Assembly: GCA_964437495.1 (NCBI GenBank)
Contig: CAYTGV010000004.1
Coordinates: 40,413-104,412, forward strand
Reading direction: 5' to 3'
Length of the DNA stretch: 64,000 nucleotides
Source of the DNA: an uncultured Planctomycetia bacterium
GTDB taxonomy: Bacteria; Omnitrophota; Gorgyraeia; B26-G9
Part shown: in pieces, positions 19,663 to 31,376 of the stretch
Numbering within the stretch: position 1 is the first letter of the stretch
Layout of the letters: every line of letters begins with the position of its first letter
Notes under the pieces: generated by a model
The model's input: only the letters and a program-made list of their open reading frames with translations
Told to the model about the DNA's origin: nothing
The model's database searches: none
Translations under genes and position numbers: made by a program

Positions 19663-19911
19663 TCGAACGAGGAACAAGTAAAATTCACAAAAAAGTCATA
19701 TGACTGTAACAAAAAGTTCATTTATGTCTTATACACTTTAATAAAGAAAAAAAAATACCAGATGCTTTGCGGGTATATTTAGTTTAAGGAGAGATAAATT
19801 TGATGGGAGACGAAAATAGTAGTATCTATTTTTGAGGAAAATCTAAGGCCATATGTTTTTACTACACATAAACATAAAAGTAAGTATCTTCAGTTTATAA
19901 GAAATACTAAT

Positions 19912-20634
19912 TTGCTGAAAAACAATAATAAAATAGCGCCTAGAATATTCAAATCATACCCACAATATAATACTGTTGTTTGTGAGCATATAGGTGACTT
20001 TTTATCCGAATATATACTCCGTAACCCTGAAGAGTTGCCCCAAATTTTAAATGCAGCTTCTGAATATCCTACAGATATTAATTTAATGAGCCGAGAGTTT
20101 GCGGGATTTAATATTCCGTCTATTGTCAGGTCTTCTTTGCAAATATCCGATAGACTTAGAGGCGAGTTTAATCTTTTGCCGTATAGCCGGACATCTCTCT
20201 CGGCTTGAAAAAAAGGGATTAAATTTTCTTATGGGTATGGCATTGAAGCCCCGTATATTTAGAATTTTAGAATCAATAAAACCGCGGGAAAAATTCAGGC
20301 ATTTACTACAGACTTGGATTATTTTACGGAAACAGAAAACTATTTCTGGGAACTGGGGTATTTCTATTCGTCTTTTAGATGGTTTAAAAAGATTTCAGTT
20401 TCTCTTGCTTGTAAGGCAGAAATAATTTTGCTATTCTTTATTGAGGACAGTGCCTTAGAATCAGAATTTATGTTTTGGCTGGGGGCTCTATCTAGTTATT
20501 GTGGATATAGAGATAATATTGTAGAGTGTGTAATAAAAGGAAAAGACATTCGGCAAAAAAAAGCATATCAGACAATTCAGTTTTTAGATGAAAAGGTCTC
20601 TTTTTTGGCAGAAAAGTTATTGTTAAGGATTTGA
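19912..20634 (+). pseudogene. Possible frameshifted gene remnant (three consecutive overlapping ORFs in three frames)
   Basis: ORFs 19912-20208, 20099-20425 and 20314-20634 step through all three + frames in an AT-rich region. None has a recognisable domain. Confidence 0.2.
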
Positions 20635-20660
20635 CCATATTGGGTGTATAATATTAAATT

Positions 20661-21299
20661 ATGAAGAACGTTTCTGAAAAATTAAGCTGGGAAATATTCA
20701 AAAAGTCATTGCTCTCTCTATTGACAATGCTATTATTCTTTTTAAGCTATATCTTTTATGAATTTAAAATATCCCCAATCATCTCCGCTGATTTTCGACA
20801 AGGATTAAAGAAATATATAGGCACTGTTTTTATACTTTGCGTTATTTTTGTCGTGCAAAGAATTGTCGGAGCTATTGCTACTTGGTATGAGAAAAATATT
20901 GCAGTTCAAACGCGTACCCATCTGGATGACGAACTTATCCCGCTTATCCGCAGATCACTTAAAATTATTTTTTGGGTAATCGGGCTGCTTGTAATATTAC
21001 CGTTTTACGGCATAAATATAAGTGCCCTGGTAACTGTTTTAGGGGTAAGTTCTTTGGCGATTGCTTTGGCGGCACAAGATACGATAGCTAATATTATTGC
21101 GGGGTTTCTTCTAATGATCGATAGACCTTTTCGCCTGGATGATAAAATTAAGCTGCCAACAGGTGAGATTGTAAAAGTTTTGGATATAGGGGTAAGAAGG
21201 TCCAGGTTTTTGTCTGAGGATAAGGCAATTATAATTGTCCCCAATGTAGATTTAAGTAAAAGCAAGATTGTAAATTATACATATAAGGAAGACAGATGA
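20661..21299 (+). CDS. Small-conductance mechanosensitive channel (MscS family)
   Basis: TM helices followed by LGVSSLAIALAAQDTIANIIAGFLLMIDRPFRLDDKI...GEIVKVLDIGVRRSRFLSEDKAIIIVPNVDLSKSKIVNY, the MscS pore/beta-domain signature. Confidence 0.75.
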   Translation: MKNVSEKLSWEIFKKSLLSLLTMLLFFLSYIFYEFKISPIISADFRQGLKKYIGTVFILCVIFVVQRIVGAIATWYEKNIAVQTRTHLDDELIPLIRRSLKIIFWVIGLLVILPFYGINISALVTVLGVSSLAIALAAQDTIANIIAGFLLMIDRPFRLDDKIKLPTGEIVKVLDIGVRRSRFLSEDKAIIIVPNVDLSKSKIVNYTYKEDR

Positions 21300-23632
21300 T
21301 AGACAATAGCTATTATCAATATATAAAAGATGAATTGTGGCTTATAAAAGAAACAGAATGGGTTAGCAACTTGCAAAACATTCGGGAAGCGCAGTTTGCA
21401 TTAGGGAATGGATATCTGGGAACAAGAGGAGTTTTAGAGGAAATCCCGTCTGAGGCTAGGCCAGGAACATATATTGCCGGAATATATGATAAGCTTATGT
21501 CTCAGGTAACAGAATTGGTGAATTTCCCTAATCCGTTTAATTTTAAGCTTACAGTCAAGGGGGAAAAGCTTGATGTAAACGCAATGGATGTAGTTACTCA
21601 TACAAGAACCTTAAATCTAAAAAAAGCACTTCTTGTCCGGCGGACTGAGTATAAGAACAGTAAAGAAAATCGTTTTGATTATCAGTCTTTGCGGTTTTTT
21701 TCCATGGATGATAAAAATATCGGCGTTATGCAGATTGCCCTAACGCCGCTGGATAGCGAGTGTGTTTTAGATGTTAATACCGGGATAGATACTTCTGCTT
21801 GCAACACAGGCGCAGTTACAGAAGGCAGTAAAAGGCATTTTCGGGTACGTGAATTAGGGCAAGATAACAATGCGGGATATCTAGTTGCCGAGACGTTACA
21901 AAAAAAATACGGCCTTATATACTGGAGTGGTTTTTATTATCAAGCAGGTACTAAGAAAACATATGCAAAAGATAATATTTTCCAATTGAAAGTAAAAAAG
22001 GGGCAGACCGTTGTTTTTACTAAAGTTATCCATCTTAGCAGTTATCTGGTGAAAAAAAACAGTAATATTGCAAAGTTAAGGCAGTTTGCGTTTAAAAAGT
22101 TTAATCATTCGTTTCGAGCGCAGTTTAAGTCATTATTGAATAAGCATATAAAGGCCTGGGAAAAGTTATGGGAAATAGCTGATGTGCAGATAAAAGGAAC
22201 CATCAGTATTCAACAGAATTTACGATTTAATATTTATCATATGCTTATTTGCGGTCACGATGATAATGGGGTTTCCAGTGTTGGAGCGCGAACACTTTCC
22301 GGTGAAGGGTACAAAGGACATATTTTTTGGGATACAGAAGTTTTTATGTTCCCCTTTTATTTGTATACGCGTCCCCAGATAGCAAAAAACATGCTTCTTT
22401 ATCGATATAACCGATTGGATAAAGCGAGAGAGATAGCAGCTGCGCGGGGGTATAAAGGCGCGATGTTTTCTTGGGAGTCAGCAGATGATGGTACGGAACA
22501 GACCCCGACATGGTCAAAAGATATTAACGGGAAAATTGTCAAGATATTTACTCAAAAATTTGAACATCATATTACCGCAGATATTGTTTGCGCAATATAT
22601 TTATATTATCAGGCGACAGAAGATGCCCAGTTTATGGGGGAGTGCGGATATGAGATCATCTTTGAAGCAGCCCGTTTTTGGGCAAGCCGGGTTAAGTTGA
22701 ATAAAAAGCGCAATTGGTATGAAATAAACAATATTATCGGTCCCGATGAATTTCATGTTGATGTTAACAACAATGCCTTTACGAATATGATTGCAAAATG
22801 GAATCTTGTTGTGGCATCCAAAATGTTTCAAGACATGCAGAAAACTTTACCTCGAGAGTATGTGGCATTGAAGAGAAAAATTGGGTTAAAAAATAATGAA
22901 CCAAAGCAATGGAAAATGATCGCGGCACGGATTAAGCCAATCAACATGAATAAAGATGGTGTTATTGAACAATTTGACGGCTATTTTAAATTAAAGAATG
23001 TTACTATTAGGGAAACAGATGAAAACGGTATCCCCATTCTTCCCGTAAGGTCCGGAACAAAAGATATGAATATGACGCAGCTGGTGAAACAACCGGATGT
23101 TCTTATGCTTGTGTATTTACTTTCAGAAATGTTCAACGTTAAAATAAAAAAGGCGAACTATGATTACTATATGCCTAGGACTGTACATAAATCATCACTA
23201 AGCCCTTCTATATCTTCAATAGTGGCGTCGGAAGTCGGAGATATTTTTAGGGCATATCATTTGTTTAATGTAACCTTGAGAGCGGATATCAGCAACTTAT
23301 ATGGCAATACGCATGAAGGTATGCATGCTGCAAGTTTAGGGGGGACATGGCAGGCGGTTATTTACGGCTTTGCGGGACTGAGTATAAAAAAGGAAAGATT
23401 ACAAGTAAACCCCAGAATGCCAAAGACGTGGAACAGAATAATCTTTTCTTTTTGCTGGCAAGCATGTGTATTAAAATTTGAAGTTAGCAATAATATCATA
23501 CAAGTAAAAGTATTCTCCTCGAAGGAAAAGGAGATCAGTCTTGTGGTTTTTAAAAAAATGTACTTATTGAAAACAAATAAAACATATAGTTTTCAAAGAG
23601 AAGAAAAGCAGCGATTTGGATTCTATTATTAA
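21296..23632 (+). CDS. Glycoside hydrolase family 65 disaccharide phosphorylase (kojibiose/trehalose/maltose phosphorylase-like)
   Basis: 778 aa; block GHIFWDTEVFMFPFYLYTRPQIAKNMLLYRYNRLDKAREIAAARGYKGAMFSWESADDGTEQTP matches the GH65 catalytic-domain consensus. The start overlaps the mscS stop (ATGA). Confidence 0.7.
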   Translation: MIDNSYYQYIKDELWLIKETEWVSNLQNIREAQFALGNGYLGTRGVLEEIPSEARPGTYIAGIYDKLMSQVTELVNFPNPFNFKLTVKGEKLDVNAMDVVTHTRTLNLKKALLVRRTEYKNSKENRFDYQSLRFFSMDDKNIGVMQIALTPLDSECVLDVNTGIDTSACNTGAVTEGSKRHFRVRELGQDNNAGYLVAETLQKKYGLIYWSGFYYQAGTKKTYAKDNIFQLKVKKGQTVVFTKVIHLSSYLVKKNSNIAKLRQFAFKKFNHSFRAQFKSLLNKHIKAWEKLWEIADVQIKGTISIQQNLRFNIYHMLICGHDDNGVSSVGARTLSGEGYKGHIFWDTEVFMFPFYLYTRPQIAKNMLLYRYNRLDKAREIAAARGYKGAMFSWESADDGTEQTPTWSKDINGKIVKIFTQKFEHHITADIVCAIYLYYQATEDAQFMGECGYEIIFEAARFWASRVKLNKKRNWYEINNIIGPDEFHVDVNNNAFTNMIAKWNLVVASKMFQDMQKTLPREYVALKRKIGLKNNEPKQWKMIAARIKPINMNKDGVIEQFDGYFKLKNVTIRETDENGIPILPVRSGTKDMNMTQLVKQPDVLMLVYLLSEMFNVKIKKANYDYYMPRTVHKSSLSPSISSIVASEVGDIFRAYHLFNVTLRADISNLYGNTHEGMHAASLGGTWQAVIYGFAGLSIKKERLQVNPRMPKTWNRIIFSFCWQACVLKFEVSNNIIQVKVFSSKEKEISLVVFKKMYLLKTNKTYSFQREEKQRFGFYY

Positions 23633-23644
23633 GGGAGAATAGCT

Positions 23645-24814
23645 ATGAAAGAGAAATTACGGATTGCGCAGCTTCACTGGGGTTTTCCACCGCTTATCGG
23701 AGGCGTGGAAACGCATCTTACTATAATCATGCCTGAGATGGTGAAGTATGGACATGAGGTAAGCTTGCTAACCGGTTCTGCGGAAGGGGTTGAGGGGGAT
23801 TATAAATATGAGGGGGTTGATATATGCAGAACCCCGTTATTGGATTTAAATTGGTTGTATAAAAGAGGCTTAAAGGGTTTAGAAGCGGAAGTGCGAGAAC
23901 TGTATTGCGGTTTTTTTGAGCGGGTAAAACCAGATGTTATTCATGCGCATAATATGCATTATTTTAGTGAAGTCCATGCTCGCTTGCTTGAGGAAATGGC
24001 TTGCAAGCATAAAGCAAAACTTGTTTTGACCGCACATAATGTGTGGGATGATATTTTATATATGGATCTAACTCTTAAAATAAAATGGGATAAAATTATT
24101 GCAGTCAGCCATTTTATTAAACAAGAAATGCTTGGTATTGGGGTTGATGAGAAAAAAATAATAGTTATCCATCATGGGATCAAACAAGATATATTTTCTC
24201 CAAGAGACCCATTGCCTGCACTTTTTGAAAAGTATCCAAACCTCAAGAATCGGCCAATAGTATTTCATCCGGCACGCATGGGTCTTGCTAAAGGATGTGA
24301 TGTTAGCATAAAAGCAATTAATGTGGTTAAGAAAAAATATCCGGACGTGATGTTTGTATTTGCCGGGTCCAAGAATATTATTGATTGGGGGGATACCCAG
24401 CAGAAAGATATTGCGTACCTGGTAAGCCTGGTAAAGCATTTTAAATTAGAAGAGAATGTTTTAATGGACTGTTATTCAATAGAGCAGATGAGAGATATGT
24501 ATGCTGCTTGCGATGTGGTTATTTATCCCTCTACGGCCAATGAACCATTTGGGCTTGCTATGCTTGAGGCAATGGCGATGAAGAAGCCGATTATTGTAAC
24601 GGATATGGGGGGAATGCCTGAGATTGTTAAAGATAATATAAATGGGTTTGTTGTTCACCAACGGGATTTTGAGGCTTTGGGGCATAGAATAACCCGGCTG
24701 CTTGGGGATGATGCCTTACGTGACCGATTAGGTTCAACTGGCCGGCAGATGCTTGAATCGCAATATACGAAAGAGAAAGTGACTAACAATACGGTAGCGG
24801 TTTATTGTGAATAG
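23645..24814 (+). CDS. Glycosyltransferase family 4 (GT-B fold)
   Basis: C-terminal EPFGLAMLEAMAMKKPIIVTDMGGMPEIV (EX7E-type motif). Confidence 0.7.
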   Translation: MKEKLRIAQLHWGFPPLIGGVETHLTIIMPEMVKYGHEVSLLTGSAEGVEGDYKYEGVDICRTPLLDLNWLYKRGLKGLEAEVRELYCGFFERVKPDVIHAHNMHYFSEVHARLLEEMACKHKAKLVLTAHNVWDDILYMDLTLKIKWDKIIAVSHFIKQEMLGIGVDEKKIIVIHHGIKQDIFSPRDPLPALFEKYPNLKNRPIVFHPARMGLAKGCDVSIKAINVVKKKYPDVMFVFAGSKNIIDWGDTQQKDIAYLVSLVKHFKLEENVLMDCYSIEQMRDMYAACDVVIYPSTANEPFGLAMLEAMAMKKPIIVTDMGGMPEIVKDNINGFVVHQRDFEALGHRITRLLGDDALRDRLGSTGRQMLESQYTKEKVTNNTVAVYCE

Positions 24815-24906
24815 GAAGATGTATAGAAATTTTAATGGGAATTGATATTTAGAGATGCTTATAGGTTCGAATTTTCGCGTCTGTCCCGCTGTTTTTTAGG
24901 CGGGAG

Positions 24907-24920
24907 GGGAGCCAAAATTG
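24907..24920 (+). repeat. Intergenic repeat family copy 5 (motif B only)
   Basis: GGGGAGCCAAAATT embedded between the hairpin CCCGC..GCGGG and the hairpin ACGAACC..GGTTCGT. Confidence 0.4.
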
Positions 24921-24950
24921 CACTTACGAACCTTTGGTTCGTGAAAAAAA

Positions 24951-24983
24951 GGAGAAAATCCTAAACGGGTTTTCTCCTTTTTA
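24951..24983 (+). terminator. Rho-independent terminator downstream of the GT4 gene
   Basis: GGAGAAAA-TCCTAAACGGG-TTTTCTCC followed by TTTTT. Confidence 0.55.
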
Positions 24984-25137
24984 TTTGAATCCTTTTAAAG
25001 GGGGGGTAAAAAAGGAAAGTTGTTGCATATTTTTTTTACAGGGATACAATAAATTCGTTACTTATTAATAGAAGGTATTCCATGTTTTTTATTTTTAAAT
25101 AGGAAAAATTAGTGTTGAAAAACAATGGAGGAGTAAG

Positions 25138-25239
25138 ATGTCAGTAGAAAAAATCGGAGAGAATTATAAATGTAATATTTGTGGAAATGAAGTTGCTGTA
25201 ACCAAAGTAGGTGGGGGAGAACTTGTTTACTGCGATTAG
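25138..25239 (+). CDS. Desulforedoxin-like mini-ORF (33 aa), possibly degenerate
   Basis: MSVEKIGENYKCNICGNEVAVTKVGGGELVYCD* resembles the desulforedoxin / Dfx N-terminal domain (YKCxxCGNxV...GGGxLVCCG). The second Cys pair is reduced to YC and a stop replaces the G. RBS GGAGGAG is present. Confidence 0.25.
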   Translation: MSVEKIGENYKCNICGNEVAVTKVGGGELVYCD

Positions 25240-25296
25240 CCAATGGAGAGGGTTTAGGAGTTTCAAAACAGTTTTCTAGAAAGCAGGGAAAAATAA

Positions 25297-27491
<2,195 letters not shown>

Positions 27492-27599
27492 GCTTCAAAG
27501 CGTTGAATTAGTACTTTATGATTAATGCTAGGGAAGTAGTTGAAAAAGCTTAGCTCATTTATATGCTGGGTTTTTTTATTCCTGTCGCTTTATTAAAAA

Positions 27600-27634
27600 G
27601 TTGCGAAACTCGTCCAATGTGAGAGCCAGTTTTC
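27600..27634 (+). repeat. Intergenic repeat family copy 6 (motif A, variant B)
   Basis: GTTGCGAAACTCGTCCAATGTGAGAGCCAGTTTTC. Confidence 0.55.
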
Positions 27635-27638
27635 AAAA

Positions 27639-27667
27639 AGCCCAAGCAAACATTTTTGGGCTTTTTA
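27639..27667 (+). terminator. Rho-independent terminator after katG
   Basis: AGCCCAA-GCAAACATTT-TTGGGCT followed by TTTTT. Confidence 0.55.
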
Positions 27668-27820
27668 ATTTATGGGGTATAATATAGCAAGCAAATCATA
27701 GAACATCTTTACGCAAAAAGCATTACAAAAGAAACGAGCTAGATTTGCGCCATAGCTTGATCCGGGCGAGGGCCGTGCGCTTGCCTGCTCCCATATGGTT
27801 TTAAGAAAGGATGTATCATT

Positions 27821-29497
27821 ATGCATGGAAAAGATGCGTGCCCTAAAGATACTATTAGGAAAATTACGCAGATACTGAAACGAGCCGGCATGTCTATTGA
27901 AGAGGTGTCCTGGGAGCATCCTGTGCCTCACGTGTGGTCTGTGCATGTAAGAGAGAGCCAATGTCACGTATTGTGTGTGAATGGCAAAGGAACGACAAAA
28001 GCACTAGCCCTGGCGAGCGCAATGGGTGAGTTCATGGAGCGGTTAATAACAGGATATTCTTTTTCTGATTTCGCGTTAACAGGCATAAAGGCACAAAAAA
28101 AGTTTCTTTTTGCCCCGGATGAGAAATGGTTTACACTCCCAAGCACACGTTTGCCGAAAGGGCTCTTAACGACGAAATTGCGTGCGTTCTACAATCCAAC
28201 GGGTGAGCTGAAGGCACAAAACGTTGTGGATCGCATGTCGGTGGGATGCGGCAAAAACGCGATTTGCTCATTCCCTTTTCAGCGCACGGGTGATAAAGAA
28301 ACCGTTTATTTTCCCGTTAATATTTTGGATAATATCTATGCGAGTAATGGCATGTCTGCTGGAAACACAAAAGAAGAGGCGTGTGTGCAGGCACTTTCCG
28401 AGGTATTGGAGAGGTATGTTAAAACCGAGATCATCAGGAAAGGCATTGCATTGCCGGGTATCCCGAAAGACTTTTACGCCTCGCTTCATCATGTTGTTAA
28501 GGCGCTCGATGCTCTTGAGGGCGCGGGGTTTCGCGTACTTGTTAAAGATGCATCTCTTGGCGGGCGGTATCCGGTGGTCAATGTTACGATTATTGAGAAA
28601 AAGACGAAGAAATGTTTCCTTGCTTTTGGCGCTCACCCCTCATTTAAAATTGCGCTTTCGCGGACGGTAACTGAACTTTTGCAGGGTCAAAGGGTGGCGG
28701 CGTTTCGCGGGTTAAAAAAACCGAACAAGAGCAAAAAAGAAGTAAGCGATCAGTTTAATCTTGTTTCGCATTTCATCGATTCAAGCGGCGTAGTGTCGGA
28801 GGACTTTTTTAAAAAGAAGCCGGCGTACCGTTTTAAGCCCGTAGATTGCGTGGGAATGCGCAAGGAGGAAGAGCGATTTCTTCTTTCAATTTTTGCAAAA
28901 GCAAAAAAAGACGTATACATCAATGCTGTTTCAATTGATGGATTCTGCATTTGCCGCATCGTTGTTCCGGGGTGGTCTGAAGTGTATCATGTGGATGATC
29001 TGGTGTATGCGAATAATAACAGGGCGCGATGCTTAGTGAACTACGTGTTGAAGCTCTCATCGGGTGTACGGGCAGACTTAGAGAAAGCGCTGTCTTTCAT
29101 TGATGACGGTGCCCTTGGCGAGCAAGAGATAGTCGCGAGTGTTTTAGGTATAGCGCTTGATGAGTGTAGCCCGTGGAATCGGTTATGTTTCGGAGAGTTG
29201 AAGTTATTGATTCTCCTTGCTTTGGGAAAAAAGCGAGCAGCGCGTGTGCAGCTGGCATGGTGTTTTGATGTTGGGTGCGTGCGGGAAGAAATGAATGACG
29301 TGTATGAATGCCTGGCGTGTTTTTTAGATGAAAAAGATTCCGGTGGCTTCAAAGGAAGCGTTTTATCGCGAGCACACAAATTGTTTAGTAGTGTAGACGT
29401 GTTTCGTGATCTGTTTTCCCGCGGCGGCGTGATGCGTGGAACCCAGGTACACAAAAAAGTACTTAACGGTTTTTTAAGATCACGGACGATTATGTGA
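27821..29497 (+). CDS. ycaO: YcaO-domain protein, E. coli YcaO-type (non-TOMM) with helical/TPR-like C-terminus
   Basis: GKGTTKALALASAMGEFMERL (ATP-binding YcaO core); 558 aa, similar in length to E. coli YcaO. GC-rich coding, which is why many spurious antisense ORFs appear in the track. Confidence 0.6.
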   Translation: MHGKDACPKDTIRKITQILKRAGMSIEEVSWEHPVPHVWSVHVRESQCHVLCVNGKGTTKALALASAMGEFMERLITGYSFSDFALTGIKAQKKFLFAPDEKWFTLPSTRLPKGLLTTKLRAFYNPTGELKAQNVVDRMSVGCGKNAICSFPFQRTGDKETVYFPVNILDNIYASNGMSAGNTKEEACVQALSEVLERYVKTEIIRKGIALPGIPKDFYASLHHVVKALDALEGAGFRVLVKDASLGGRYPVVNVTIIEKKTKKCFLAFGAHPSFKIALSRTVTELLQGQRVAAFRGLKKPNKSKKEVSDQFNLVSHFIDSSGVVSEDFFKKKPAYRFKPVDCVGMRKEEERFLLSIFAKAKKDVYINAVSIDGFCICRIVVPGWSEVYHVDDLVYANNNRARCLVNYVLKLSSGVRADLEKALSFIDDGALGEQEIVASVLGIALDECSPWNRLCFGELKLLILLALGKKRAARVQLAWCFDVGCVREEMNDVYECLACFLDEKDSGGFKGSVLSRAHKLFSSVDVFRDLFSRGGVMRGTQVHKKVLNGFLRSRTIM

Positions 29498-29499
29498 GA

Positions 29500-29534
29500 C
29501 GCCGCTAATATGGGGAGCCAATAATTTGTAACCT
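29500..29534 (+). repeat. Intergenic repeat family copy 7 (motif B with truncated A)
   Basis: CGCCGCTAATATGGGGAGCCAATAATTTGTAACC; the B half matches copy 4 (GGGGAGCCAATAATTTGTAAC). Confidence 0.55.
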
Positions 29535-29590
29535 TTTGCGATATAATATGTTGCAGAGGGTTTTTGTTTGATATAGAATAATAGAAAAGG

Positions 29591-29662
29591 AGGAGTGGTT
29601 ATGGGAGATAAAGGACAGAAAGATAAAGATAAGGCAAGTAAACAGAAGAAAGCAAAACAGAA
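29591..29662 (+). CDS. Lysine-rich mini-protein (23 aa)
   Basis: MGDKGQKDKDKASKQKKAKQKKK* with strong RBS AAAAGGAGGAG 7-8 nt upstream. Not in the track because it is shorter than 60 aa. Confidence 0.3.
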
Positions 29663-29765
29663 AAAGAAGTAGCGGAGATCGTTCGGTCTATTGTAAAGAT
29701 TGCTTTTCAAAGCGTAAGGGTGAGGGGCGCTAAAATAAACAGCGTTTGTTGTGCGATATAGCCCA

Positions 29766-29799
29766 TTGCGAAACTCGCCCAATATAGGGACATAGAGGT
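29766..29799 (+). repeat. Intergenic repeat family copy 8 (motif A, divergent B)
   Basis: ATTGCGAAACTCGCCCAATATAGGGACATAGAGG, immediately upstream of the ORF start at 29804. Confidence 0.5.
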
Positions 29800-29803
29800 T
29801 ATA

Positions 29804-30496
29804 TTGATTCCTTGGATTTTATTAGATAAAGTCATAGCCCCCGGAGACGGTAAAGAACTGAGGTTGTTCCAGCGGGATTCGGAGTTTTCAATTAAAGTAA
29901 GCGTTTATGAGCTTATGAACAGCCATGTTCATAACTCGGAAGATGCTTTAGCTAAACTCGCCTGTCTGAAGATAGGAAATCAGCCCAAGCCGCAAATTCT
30001 TATTGGTGGCCTGGGTATGGGATTTACTCTCAGAGCGGCATTGAATAACCTTAGTGTTGGGGCCCATGTTACTGTTGCTGAATTAATACCTGCTGTAGTT
30101 AAATGGAACCGTAGCTTCCTTGCTCATTTGGCGGGGAGCCCTCTTAATGACAAGCGGGTGACAGTTTATGAAGGTGACGTGGCCGATAAAATAAACACTG
30201 CTCACAATTTATACCATGCCATTCTTTTGGATGTAGATAACGGCGCGAATGGTTTGACGCAGAAAGAAAATGACAGTCTTTATACTCTTAAGGGACTCAA
30301 TGCCGCGTATGCTGCGCTACACACAGAAGGTGTTTTGGCAATATGGTCAGCTGGTCCGGATGAAATGTTTGTGAAACTTTTCCAAAAGGCCAAATTCAAG
30401 GCCAAAGAAACGTATGTGTCTAAACGTAGTGGACGTAAACGTGGCGGGCAAGCGGTAGTGTGGATTGCCATGAAACATGAAGATGCGACAATTTAG
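29804..30496 (+). CDS. Class I SAM-dependent methyltransferase / spermidine-synthase-like protein
   Basis: ILIGGLGMGFTLRAAL (GxGxG SAM motif) and VLAIWSAGPD. Resembles the polyamine aminopropyltransferase fold. Confidence 0.5.
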   Translation: MIPWILLDKVIAPGDGKELRLFQRDSEFSIKVSVYELMNSHVHNSEDALAKLACLKIGNQPKPQILIGGLGMGFTLRAALNNLSVGAHVTVAELIPAVVKWNRSFLAHLAGSPLNDKRVTVYEGDVADKINTAHNLYHAILLDVDNGANGLTQKENDSLYTLKGLNAAYAALHTEGVLAIWSAGPDEMFVKLFQKAKFKAKETYVSKRSGRKRGGQAVVWIAMKHEDATI

Positions 30497-30625
30497 ATAA
30501 TAAGTGCTAAGTTTCATATGAGTGTCGACCCCCTTTGTTTCATTAGATCATCAAAATCTATCCAAGATAATTTTTAAGGCCTATATTGATATAGGTGTAA
30601 ATATATTTGATTTGCAAACCAAAAA

Positions 30626-30660
30626 GTTGCGAAATTCGTCCAATACGGGGAGCCAAAATT
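30626..30660 (+). repeat. Intergenic repeat family copy 9 (motif A+B)
   Basis: GTTGCGAAATTCGTCCAATACGGGGAGCCAAAATT. Confidence 0.65.
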
Positions 30661-30664
30661 AAAA

Positions 30665-30693
30665 ACCTCACATTTTAATGTGTGAGGTTTTTA
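30665..30693 (+). terminator. Rho-independent terminator (could act bidirectionally; convergent genes)
   Basis: CCTCACA-TTTTAATGTG-TGAGG followed by TTTTT. Confidence 0.5.
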
Positions 30694-30712
30694 ATTTCAT
30701 ATTCATATTTTT

Positions 30713-31096
30713 TTATTTTACCAAGCTGTTGTTATTTTCTCGGTTTAATTCCAGTGTTAACCCTTGAATCTTTTCTTCTAAAAATAGTTGTTTTTTTTCC
30801 AGCGTATCAACGCGCTCGGTAAGCGCATCAATGATGACTTGTGTATCCCGGTCAAGTGTCTTTACGATATAAAACTTGCCTACTTTTTTAACACGGCTTC
30901 CTTTAGGCATAAGGATCTTTGTTTTTCCCACTTCTTTTAATTCCATGCCCTCAGGAATTTCTTCGTCCTGCGACATTTGCGCAAAAATTTCCATAGAAAA
31001 ACAAACAAATAAAAATATCATTAGAAGCACTGAATAAATAAGCAGCCTTTTATTTTTCATAACTAATAGTATAACAATCTCAAACGATATAAACAA
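30713..31096 (-). CDS. Small secreted hypothetical protein (127 aa)
   Basis: Signal peptide/TM KNKRLLIYSVLLMIFLFVCFSMEIFA. Confidence 0.45.
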   Translation of the reverse strand: MFISFEIVILLVMKNKRLLIYSVLLMIFLFVCFSMEIFAQMSQDEEIPEGMELKEVGKTKILMPKGSRVKKVGKFYIVKTLDRDTQVIIDALTERVDTLEKKQLFLEEKIQGLTLELNRENNNSLVK

Positions 31097-31112
31097 ACAA
31101 TAAAAGAGGGGA

Positions 31113-31360
31113 GGGGGGGGGTCAAGTCTCGACCTGACTACATGCCTATTGTTTGATATAATCCATGCAAGGTAAGGTTAATTTTTTTAATAATAAAACA
31201 AATTAAAATACCAATGGCTAGACCGTTACGAATATTGTTTGAAGGCGCATATTACCATGTTTTAAATTGCGGACAGAAAATAGCTAAAGACAAGAAATTA
31301 AAGGATAAGATTTCTAGATTAGCTAAGGCAATTTGTCAATAGTTCAGACCTGACCCCACC
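31113..31360 (+). mobile_element. Degenerate IS-like remnant with inverted ends GGGGGTCAAGTC ... GACCTGACCCC and a truncated Y1-transposase fragment
   Basis: Internal ORF 31211-31339 MARPLRILFEGAYYHVLNCGQ...* matches the N-terminus of COG1943 / IS200-like transposases (PRxPRIxFxGAxYHV) and is then terminated. The right end ATTAGCTAAGGCAATTTGTCAATAGTTCAGACCTGACCCC recurs at 40015-40060. Confidence 0.4.
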
Positions 31361-31376
31361 AACTGACAAACTTTTT

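Noticed and set aside
28224-29454. Long ORFs on both strands inside ycaO (28224-28670 +, 28268-28636 -, 29041-29454 -)
   Set aside because: They fall in a GC-rich coding region where stop codons are rare in all frames. They are Arg/Ser/Pro-rich and low-complexity, and they fully overlap the well-supported YcaO frame.
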